DNA of 46,070 nucleotides from a bacterium (lineage in GTDB: Bacteria > SZUA-182 > DTGQ01 > JAFGSM01): NCBI GenBank assembly GCA_049472335.1, contig JBLIRO010000041.1, forward strand, positions 1 to 46,070, read 5' to 3'. Made by a program: the position numbers and the translations under genes. Below the pieces are notes generated by a model. The model saw nothing but the letters and a program-made list of their open reading frames with translations. It was not told the origin of the DNA and made no database searches. Position 1 is the stretch's first letter. Every line of letters starts with the position of its first letter. Below are positions 29,199 to 40,500 of this stretch, in pieces.

Positions 29199-30014
29199 TC
29201 ATCCATAAGTATGCAGACCTTTTAGAAAAATGCTGACACCCAGGAATGTTATTATAACAAACAAAAAGCCTATGATAGCCAGGTAAGAAGCCTTCCTTCC
29301 TCTCCACCCGACTGCCACACGAGTATGCACTAATGCGGCATAAATAAACCAGGTTATCAGCGACCAGGTTTCCTTAGGGTCCCAGCTCCAATAAGCGCCC
29401 CATGCCTTACTCGCCCACATGGAACCTGTAATGATGGCAACGGTTAAACAGGGAAAACCAAAGGCCAGGATCTTGTGCATCAAGATATCGAGCACTTCCA
29501 ATGAAGGAAGGCGATAGTAAAACGCCCCAGGTTTTTTTCGTTTCAACTGGTATTCCTGTATCAGATAGAGGATAGCCAGGCAGAATGCAACCGCAAAGGT
29601 CCCGTAGCCAAGAAATGCCGATGCAGTATGGATTCCCCTCCAGGCGCTTTTCAGGGCTGGATTCAAGGGCTCTATATGGCTCGGCAATGCAAGAGAATAG
29701 ATCAGGGATATGGATGCCAGGGGGAGGACGAAGGAACCAAGAGAAGGGACATGAGATCTATAGTCACATATCAGATAAATCAAGATTGTCGCCCATGCGA
29801 AACAGGATAAAGATTCATAGAGAGAAACAACCGGAAAGTGCCCTGCCTCGGCATATCGTATTATGATGGCCAATGTGTGTATTGAAAATCCCAGAATGGT
29901 CAGGATTTGACCGGCTTTGGCTATTCCTCTTCTCATATTGACGAGAAATATGAAATATGCAACCGATGCAATCAGATAAAACGAAATTGCGATCTTAAAG
30001 CACAGAACATTCAA
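29199..30014 (-). CDS. ccsB: Cytochrome c biogenesis protein CcsB/CcsA (WWD-domain haem-handling protein)
   Basis: Multiple TMs; WASKAWGAYWSWDPKETW WWD motif; conserved His residues; C-terminal GLHTYG. Confidence 0.9.
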   Translation of the reverse strand: MNVLCFKIAISFYLIASVAYFIFLVNMRRGIAKAGQILTILGFSIHTLAIIIRYAEAGHFPVVSLYESLSCFAWATILIYLICDYRSHVPSLGSFVLPLASISLIYSLALPSHIEPLNPALKSAWRGIHTASAFLGYGTFAVAFCLAILYLIQEYQLKRKKPGAFYYRLPSLEVLDILMHKILAFGFPCLTVAIITGSMWASKAWGAYWSWDPKETWSLITWFIYAALVHTRVAVGWRGRKASYLAIIGFLFVIITFLGVSIFLKGLHTYG

Positions 30015-30637
30015 TAGAGTCCCTCCAGTCTTTTTTTAACTTCCTCGTCGTTTCCTTCCCTGATGAGCTGCAGCAAATCAGAATCAACCAGATTATAAAA
30101 AAGCTCTCTCCTCTTCTCAGGATCAGGTATCTTGACGAGGGCCTTTTTCCTGACCCTGTCTATCAATTTCAGAAATTCAGAGTACTCGGGGCCAAATTCC
30201 TTTTCCAGTTTTTCCCTGATCCTTCGGGCCAGAGCGGGGCTTTTCCCGTTCGTGGATATGCTTATCTGCAGGTCTCCCTGCCTTAATGTCGCAGGCACAA
30301 TAAAATTGGATATATGAGGCTGATCTACCACATTTACCAGGCAATTTGCAGCCATGGCCTCTTCTGCCGCCTCCCGGTTGATCCTTTCCGAATCCGTGGC
30401 TACTATAACAGCGCGCATTCCCTGACAGTCTCCATACTTATAGTATCGTTTTTTATAAGTGATTTGACCTTTTTGGGCCTTTTCGTTGAGATCGGAGGTA
30501 ATTTCGGGGCTTATAAGGGTCACCACAGCGCCACAGGAAAGGAGGGAGTGCACCTTCCTTTCTGCTACTTTACCACCCCCGACAACAAGACACCGGGTAT
30601 TTTTAAGATTGAGACTGACAGGATAATATCTCGGCAT
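30011..30637 (-). CDS. Precorrin-2 dehydrogenase / sirohydrochlorin ferrochelatase (SirC/CysG-N/Met8p)
   Basis: YYPVSL, VVGGGKVAERK, NVVDQP..SNF..PA, ISTNGKSPALA. Confidence 0.92.
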   Translation of the reverse strand: MPRYYPVSLNLKNTRCLVVGGGKVAERKVHSLLSCGAVVTLISPEITSDLNEKAQKGQITYKKRYYKYGDCQGMRAVIVATDSERINREAAEEAMAANCLVNVVDQPHISNFIVPATLRQGDLQISISTNGKSPALARRIREKLEKEFGPEYSEFLKLIDRVRKKALVKIPDPEKRRELFYNLVDSDLLQLIREGNDEEVKKRLEGLY

Positions 30638-31574
30638 TAATCTATTAAAAATTATATATTTATTACATTATTTATCTAATAAACTATTTGCCTAAAATGA
30701 TACCTTAAAAATGGATATTATTCAATATCAAATCATTACAAGTTAAGCGACTAAACTTGTTTAAAATTGATGTCTTTGAAGCTTAATGAGGAATGAAAAG
30801 TTCCTTGGGCAGCGTTATTAGAGGCTTGATTATAGGGCTCTTGGAGCAATTAAGCTGCTGGTTCTCATCGGTGTATAGAGACCACCCTTGCACTCAGCAT
30901 TGTGGTGATTATACTTTTTCAGACCGTAAGGAATCCTGGTTGAATAGATGTAGCAACAAATGCCGATCCTTTGGAATCCAAAAAAATAATCATTCTCTCT
31001 TATAATATTTTTCTTTTTCCCTTATAAAATTTTCAGGCTTTTCCCCTATTGACAAATGAAGATTATTTATATATTTTTAGACTTCATCAGTGATAAATTC
31101 TCTGAAATCTTTTGATATTATTGAGGTTTAAATAAGCACTGCTATTAGTCATAAATCTCTATAATTTCAAGATGCTAAACAATGTTTTACATGAGAATTT
31201 TTCTCTTAACAGTTTAGATTCAAAAGTATAATTTTCTCATTCACAACAGTGCCTTCAGGTAGTAAGCTAAGCTTCCATAATCTCTAATGAATTTTTGCTA
31301 AAATTTCTCAAGGAAAGAATAGACCCAACTTATCAAATAATAAGCTTTTTTATCAATATCGTTTGGTAAGCCATATTGATAAATACAAGTTTTAAATTTT
31401 TCTTCTGGCTCTTGGCTCCTTGGGTATTTGAATGTTAACAAATTTTCATTAAATCAGCAATAACCTTTTATTTTTTATATCTTTAAGCTTACAGAAAGGA
31501 AGATTCATTAAGGTTCAAATTTAATAAGGTTTAAATGACTAAATTTATCAAAATTGATTCGGAAGGGAGGAAGA

Positions 31575-34500
31575 ATGGAAAGGGGAGTTATAACTCATTT
31601 TAACGGAAGTCATTTTTGTAAATCCGTAGCTTATTTAATTTGTTATGTTTTTTTAGTGCAATCCTGTGTTTGGATGATGCCTCTTCCTTCCTCAAAGTAT
31701 TATCCCATAGCCCCTGTATCACCCATTGAAAAAAGCCAGGGGATATTATCCGATCTTGCCGATGCATTTCGTGGCGGCATTGATCTTTTTTTCCCTTGTG
31801 CCATTGCAGCAGAAATCCATATAACACCTGGCAGAAGTATTCAGACGGCAATAAATAAGGCTGTTAATGGTGATGAAATTATTGTAAAACAAGGAATTTA
31901 TCGGGAACAGATTAATTTCAATGGTAAAGCTATTACTATAAGAAGTGTGGCCCCTGATGACCAGGCTCTAATAGCTGCAACTATTATTGATGGCGAGCGG
32001 AAAGATAGTGTAATCAAATTCATTAGTGGAGAAGGAGCCGACTCTGTCCTGAAGGGATTTACAATAAAGAATGGAAGGGGAAGTCGCGGCGGTGGTATAT
32101 ATTGCCGGGAATCATCCCCAACTATTGCTAATTGCATTATTTCTGATAATGAATCATATCCATTTAGACCAGGTTATGAAGGAGGTGGAATTCGGTGTGA
32201 GAATAACTCCTCACCAACTATAACTAACTGCAAGGTTATTAAAAATTTGAGCGGTGATGATGGAGGCGGCATTAGCTGCTATGGCAATTCCTCACCACTA
32301 ATTATCAACTGCCTTGTTGCCGGTAATTGGGTTCGTTCTTGGGGAGGTGGGATTTCATCCCGTTCCGGTTGTTTGCCAACTATTATTAATTGTACCATTA
32401 CCGAGAATGAAGATGGCTCTGGAGCTGGCGGCCTTTGGTGTTTTGGAGGGGCATCTGCCATTGTTACAAACTGTATCATATGGAACAATAAAGGTTCTGA
32501 AATCTACGGGATTCCTACAATTACTTATTCCAATATTGAAGGGGGCAGTTCTGGTACCGGTAATATCAATACTGATCCTTTGTTTGCTGATCCGGCTGCA
32601 GGAAATTATCATCTGCAATTTTATTCTCCCTGTATTGATGCTGGAACAAGTAATGGAGCTCCCAATTTTGACATCTTGGGACATCCAAGACCTAAGATAG
32701 CAGGGTATGATATGGGGGCATATGAGGTAGGGGTCACTCTGAGCATATCACCAACAGATCTCATCATCCCATACGGAACCTATGACGAGTTTACTCTCAG
32801 GATTGAAAATCATGGAGGTTTAAAAGACAGCTATACATTGAATGTAACCGGATTGCCAGATACCTTCACCTGGATGATGCAAACCTCCATTCAAGACTTA
32901 TACCCAGGAATATATATTGAACTGCCCCTGAGAATAATCCCGTCTAATGATCCAACTGTTTGTGCAATACCCCTTGATCCATTTCAAATAACACTGACTT
33001 CAACTAGCAGAGATGATATAATCGATTCCTCAAATGCTGAAATTTCGGTTTCTTGTAATCTGCATCCTCCAATGGCAAATGCCGATGGTCCCTACTATGC
33101 AGCTATAGGAGAATCTATTACCTTAGATGGCAGTGGTTCGTATGATATAGACGAATCCGATGGAGACAGTATCACCTCATATGGTTGGGAAATTGATATG
33201 ATAGAGCCCTGGGATTTTGATGATACCATAGGAGTTAATCCTACCATCCAACCCTTCTATAATCCCGGCACCTATACAATTGGGCTGCAGGTAACAGATA
33301 ATACAGCCAATGCCTTTCCCTCTACAGGCTCAGCCAATCTAACAGATGTGGATTATACAGAAATTATAATCTATGATTCCTGCATAACCGATCTCCAGGT
33401 AAGACCAAAAGCTACCAAAGCATCCCTCATCTGGACACATATTGGGGCAGAAGAATACAAGATCTATCGCTCAGAAAAAGGCCCGAATAGCGGTATGGAG
33501 CTGATAGGGGTAACAAATTCCACATACAGCACTTTTATGGATTACAATGTGGAACTATACAAAGATTACTGGTATATGATATTAGCAGATGATGGTGGCA
33601 ATGTATGTGGTTCTTATCCTTCACATATCAATTCCCAGGGCAGAATAAGAAACAAGCCTCCCCAAATTATCTCAACTCCACCCCTATCTGCCCAAGAAGA
33701 CCAGCTTTACACCTATGATGTAGAGGCCCAAGACCCGGATGGGAATACCATTACTTACATACTGGATCAATCACCTATTGGGATGACAATAGACATAAAT
33801 AACGGCCTCATTGAATGGACACCTACCGCATCAGAAATCGGTAATCATTATGTCACGATAAGGGCAATGGATAGCCTCGGGGCTTCAGCAACCCAGTTTT
33901 ATGTTCTTATTGTTACACCCAAACAAAATATCCCTCCTGTGGCAGTCCCTGATGGCCCTTACCTTGGTTTGCCTGGACAGGAGATCACCTTTGACGGCTC
34001 AGGCTCCTATGATACGGATAATGATCTTCCACTCACTTATCAGTGGAATTTCGGGGATGGTACTATCTCTTCCCTTCCAAATCCTACTCATATCTATGTA
34101 ATTCCAGGAGATTTCACGGTTACTTTATATGTCACTGATGTAAGAGGGGCAACTGGAAGTGCCGAAACCACAGCCCATATCAATACACCTCCAGTGGCAG
34201 ACGCAGGCGGACCTTATAGCGGCCATATAAATGCTGAGCTTACCCTTAACGGTTCTCACTCATATGACCCTGATGGCGATCCCCTCATATATACCTGGGA
34301 TTTCGGTGATGGCACACCATCACAAACAGGTGTGGCTGTGATACATGTCTTTATAGCTGAAGGAACATATACTATAAACCTTAGTGTAGATGATGGACGT
34401 GGAGGTATAGGTACACAGCAAACAGTTGCTACCATAGGCCCACCAAATCTACCACCTTTTGCACAATTTACGAAGGCTATCTCGTGTAATCCAGCCCTCA

Positions 34501-37500
34501 TTGATTTTGAGGATCGTTTTTCTGGGGAGCTCATTACAGATCAATACAGGTCTTTAGGTGTATTAGTCTCGGGAACGAGTTATTGGAGTGGAAGAGTAAT
34601 CACCATTCCACAGAATGGTACAGATTTCTTTGGAAATTCCGGTCCTAATATCATGCATATTGGGGATTTCGGTACATCTACAACACTAACCTTTGTCCAC
34701 CCCGGAACAGATACACCAACGGTTGCCAATAACATCAGTATGTTAATCGGAGATGGTGATGCTAGTGCAGAGACATTTACAGTAGAGTTTTTTGATTTAG
34801 CCGGTAACATAATATCATCTCAGACCTATACTACAAGGCTCGGAATTCACGGTGAACTCATACAATATACTGATGAGGCTGCCTCCATACGTTTAACCTT
34901 AGAGCCAAGTTCTCAATCAGGCGCAGCTTTGGATGATCTATCATTTAATATACTTCCCTGTGGTCTTGGCTATGTAGGCGATCAATTCACCTTTGATGGG
35001 TCTTTCTCAAGCGATATAGATGGAATCATTGATTCCTATGAATGGGATTTTGGTGATGGCTCAACAGCTACCGGTAAAGCTGTAACCCACACCTTTAACA
35101 ATCCAGGGGATTATTTAGTATCTCTCACTGTAACCGATGATGATGGAGCTACCAGTACTGCCACAAAGAATGTTTCTGTTGTACTTAATATGCCCCCAGA
35201 AATCATCTCCACACCTATTACAACAGCCACAGAAGATGTATTATACACTTATGATGTAGAAGCTATAGATCCTGATGGAGATACTCTAACATATTCAATC
35301 ACCACAGCCCCTTCTGGTATGGTAATTGATACAGAATCAGGACTTATCAATTGGACTCCGACCCGAGATCAGGCAGGAACACATAGTGTAGATGTATTAG
35401 TAGAAGACGGCCAGGGAAATAGTGATAACCAGCAATACACCATTCATGTAATCCAAACAACCACCATAGTCCCAAATATCATAGGGTTGACTCAAACTGA
35501 TGCTGAAACTTCCATTACATCAGCTATACTTATAGCTGGCACTATTGAACTCGCATATAGTGATACTGTCCCTGAAGGATTCGTTATTAGCCAGGATCCT
35601 ATAGCCGGGGCCATAGTTTCAATTGATAGTACAGTCGATTTTGTTTTGTCCCTGGGGGTTGCTGACATAGACCTTGAACCAACATCCATGGATACCTTCC
35701 ATGTGACAGTGGATTCTCAAACCCTGGGGATTACAGGCGCTGTGGATGTAGTTATTAGAAACAATGGTACGAGTGATGTCATTGACAGCTACGTTCTCAC
35801 CCTTTTCGAGGATATTAATACAAACAAATCCTTTGATGCAGGGATAGATAATGTCATTGGCATTTTAAACGTACCCAATAAACCATTGGGGGAGAATTCA
35901 ATTGAAGTGTCTGTGAATGTCAGCGGAAGTATGTTGTTTAATGGAAACCTTATCTATACCTTTGTGGATAGCAGCAACCAGATTGATGAGACAGATGAGG
36001 GAAATAATATAACCCATAGTATGGCAGATTGTGAATTAAAACCGCCTGTGGGAAGTTTTAATCCGGTGCTGGAGTGGGCATGGACAAGTTCTTCGATATT
36101 ACCTGATTCTCTTAACGTCATGATGACACCTGCTGTAATCGATCTTAATTCCGATGAGATTCCGGATATTGTTTTTGCAAGCACATCTGAGACGTATTCA
36201 GTTTATAATGGTGTACTTCGAGCTATAAGTGGTGATAATGGTCAGGAATTGTTTACCATTACTGACCCTTCATTATTTATTAATCCTGCCTTTTCAATTG
36301 CTGTTGGTGATATTGATTTAGATGGAAGACCTGAAATCATTGCCTGTGAATCATCCGGGATCAGACTAATAGCATTTGAGCATGATGGCACTTTTAAATG
36401 GAGAAGTGAGGTTATAGAGCAAAATCCGTGGCAGTGGGGAGGATCAGCTTTATCAGATATTAATATGGATGGCAAGCCTGAAATCATTGTGGGAAGGCAA
36501 GTTATTAATAATGAAGGTGTTATATTATGGACAGGAACCGGTGGACGAAGTTATAGAGTTACAGGGCCTTTATCTTTTGCAACGGATATTGATCTGGATG
36601 GGATTCCGGAAGTGGTGGCAGGAAATACCATATATGATTCTACAGGGAATATATATTGGCAAGCGCCATTACCAGATGGCTTCAATGCAGTGGCCAATTT
36701 TGATGAAGATCCATATCCTGAAATTGTTCTTGTTTGCCTGGGAATAGTTTATCTTCTTGAACATGACGGTACAATTAAGTGGGGACCAGTAAATATTCCT
36801 GGCGGAGGACGCGGCGGTCCACCAACTGTTGCAGACTTTGACAATGATAGTGAAGTGGAGATCGGAGTTGCAGGCGCTTCACGTTATTCAGTCTTTGATA
36901 CAGATGGCAGTATTATTTGGGCATCTGTCACAAGGGATGGAAGCTCCTCAGAAACCGGTTCGTCTATCTTTGATTTTGATGGTGATGGCTTTGCAGAAGT
37001 CGTCTATCGTGACGAATTGAATCTAAGGGTTTACGGGGGCATTGATGGTGCTATCCTTTTTGAAACACCAATGAGCTCATGTACATGGCATGAATATGTG
37101 CTTGTTGCAGATGTCGATAATGATAACAATGCAGAAATAATAGCTGTAGCCAATAACAATTGTGGTTATGGTCCTCAGAGGGGTATCTATGTCTTTGGTG
37201 ACTTGAACGATACATGGGTTAATACACGTAAGATATGGAACCAACATGCATATAGTATTACTAATGTTAATGATGATGGGACAATTCCAACAAATGTGGA
37301 CAACAACTGGGAAATTTACAACAACTTCCGCCAAAACCAGATGCTCGATCCCTTTGGCTGCATCGATCTTACTGCTTCCCATATACGGGTGAACCAAAAC
37401 AACTGCCCCAATATGGAAATCATCACACGTATCGGAAACGGAGGAGCCCTGCATACTGCCCCCGGCCTAAAGGTCGCCTTTTATGATGGTGACCCCGATA

Positions 37501-40500
37501 CCGGAGGCACCCTCCTTGGCACCACCACAGTCGATGTTCAGCTCAATCCCGGAGAATATGCTGACATCTCCTTTATAAATACCACTCCGCTTTACAAAAT
37601 CCATACCCTATATGTCGTAGCAGATGATGACGGCACTGGTTTTGGCACAGTGGGAGAAATAGATGAAAAAAACAACAAAGCCTGGGCCACCTTTGATCTG
37701 TGTAATGTATCCCCTACAATCACTTCTATACCCATCACCAATGCCATTGAGGACTCCCTATACAGCTATGATGTGGAAGCCGCTGATCCGGATGGAGACA
37801 CCTTAAGCTATAGCCTAACAAATGCTCCCTCAGATATGACTATTGATAGTTCCAGCGGCCTTATCCAGTGGACACCTCTTCAGGCCCATGTTGGTGAAAA
37901 TAATGTCACTGTCCAGGTACAGGATGGAAGAGGTGGTATCGATACCCAGTCCTTTACCATAACAGTACAAAACACAAACGATGCTCCCCAGATTATCTCC
38001 TTACCCATACTCACTGCCAAAGAGAACATTACATATAGTTACAATGTCGAAGGCTTTGACATTGATGGGGATACCCTGACTTTTACCCTTGAGATCGCTC
38101 CACCTGCTATGACCATTGATAGTTCCACCGGTTTAATTGAATGGATCCCGGATAATTCCGATATTGGAGACCACACTATAAAAGTAAAAGTCACTGATCC
38201 CTCTGCTGCCTTTGATAGCCAGGAATATACCCTAAGTGTTGAAGAGATCACTGATAATACCCCTCCAAGGATCTCCAACATCCAAATTACTCCATTGATC
38301 CTCAATCCCGGAGAAACAGCCACCATCACCATTGATGCTATAGACAACGAAGCAATCAGTTCCAATGCATTGAAGATTGATGGCATAGATATCCCTCTTG
38401 TAGGAAACACTGCCACTTATACTGCCACTGATATTGGCTTGCATGATGTGGAGGCCACTGTATGCGACATCTCCGGCCATTGCAGCACCCTTATTACCCG
38501 GTTTGGCGTGCGTGATCCCTCTGATACAACACCACCTCTAGTCACCATAACAAGTCCTGAAACTGACTCAGAATTGACAGAAAAAACAGAGATAATAGGT
38601 ACAGTAGATGACGATAATCTTGTAAGCTATACCTTAGAATATTCAGAAAAAGATGCAAATAGCTTTACCAGATTCTTCAAGGGACACATCATTGTAATAA
38701 GCGATGTTTTAGGTGCCTTGGATTCCACCATGCTTATAAATGGCCTATATGATATCAGGCTCACTGCTATAGATGTAAACGGCCTGTCAAGTTCAACCAT
38801 GGTGACTTACCGTGTTACCGGGGACCTTAAGGTAGGAAACTTTTCTGTAACCTTTAAGGATCTTGAAATCCCTGTGGCAGGTATCCCGATCACCATCTAT
38901 CGTACATATGATAGCAGAATTAGAGGAAGCAGGGGTGATTTAGGCTATGGATGGAACATAGACATAAAAACCACAAAGATAGAAGAAAATCGCGTGATGG
39001 GTGAAGGGTGGTATACGGAATCTTCTGGCGGAATTTTCAAGACATACTTTCTATTGCCTGACGGTGACCATTATGTAACCATAACCATGCCGGACGGGCA
39101 GGTAATGGAGTTTGATTGCAAATTTATTCCAGAATCACAACTCCTTATACCTATTCTTTATCTTGATGCTGCTGTGTTTACTCCTCGTCCGGGAACATAC
39201 GGGTCCCTTGAAGCCCTTGATGACTCCCCCTGGTATTTATCCGGATCAGAAATATTAAATGGAGATTTTTATATATATAATCCCGATCGTTATAAACTCA
39301 CAACCATTGATGGAACGGTTTATATTATAGATCAGAATAACGGGCTTTTGAAAGTTACTGATAACAATGGCAATTCCCTGGATTTTACTTCTAATGGGAT
39401 CATCCACTCCACAGGGAAAGGTGTTATGTTTACTCGTGATGCCAAAGGAAGGATTACTAAAATTACAGATCCAATGGGTAATATCATCGACTATGATTAT
39501 AATGCAAATGGAGACCTTATTGCGGTAACAGATCAGGAGGGTAATACCTCTCAATATACCTATAACAGCAATCATGGCCTTGTGGACATCTTTGATCCCA
39601 CTGGAAACAGGCCTATGAGGAATGAATATGATTATGACGGCCGCCTCATTGCCCATATAGATGCAGAAGGAAATCGTATTGAATATACCCATGACATTGA
39701 CGGCCGTCAGGAAATTGTAAGTGACCGGCTTGGATTTATCACTCTCTTTGAATACGATGACGAAGGCAATGTAACAAGCAAAACCGATCCTTTAGGGAAT
39801 ACCACTTCATATACCTATGATGGAAGGGGGAACAAGCTCTCTGAAACTGATCCTCTCGACAACACTACAACTTATACATATGATGCCCAAGACAATATGC
39901 TCACCCAAACCGATCCACTTGGCAATACTACCACCTATACCTATAATTCACGCGGACAGGTCTTAACTATCACAGATCCCTTAGGTAACATTACGACCAA
40001 TGCATATGGTGTCAAAGGTAATCTGCTTACAACTACCGATCCTTTGGGCAATGTGACTATAAATACCTACGATGATCAAGGCAACCTGACAAGCACAACC
40101 GATGCATTAGGCAATGTCATAACCTATGCCCATGATGCATATGGAAATATGCTTACACAGACCGATCCCCTTGGCAATGTCACAACATATACCTATGACG
40201 ATAATGGCAACCAGCTTACCCAGACTATGACACGAACTACACCTTTAGGTCCTGAGACCATTACCACCATTAGTGTATATGACAGCATGAATCGTCTGGT
40301 TGAGACTATAGATCCTTATGGAAATAGCACAATTACCGAGTACAATGCAATAGGAAAACAATCAGCTACTATAGATAAAAATGGAAACCGAACAGGATAT
40401 GAGTATGACAGCAGGGGAAACCTTATTAAGACCACCTACCCGGATGGCAGCACAGAAACCACAACATATGATGCAGAGGGAAGAAAGATAGGTTCCACTG

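Noticed and set aside
30793..31005. 70-aa ORF between the haem operon and the Rhs gene
   Set aside because: It has a possible GAGG RBS, but the composition is unconvincing and no family was recognised; insufficient support.
31049..31077. Sigma-70 promoter for the Rhs gene
   Set aside because: TTGACA is present, but the -10 is weak at 17-bp spacing, it is about 500 nt from the start, and the region is AT-rich; not supportable.
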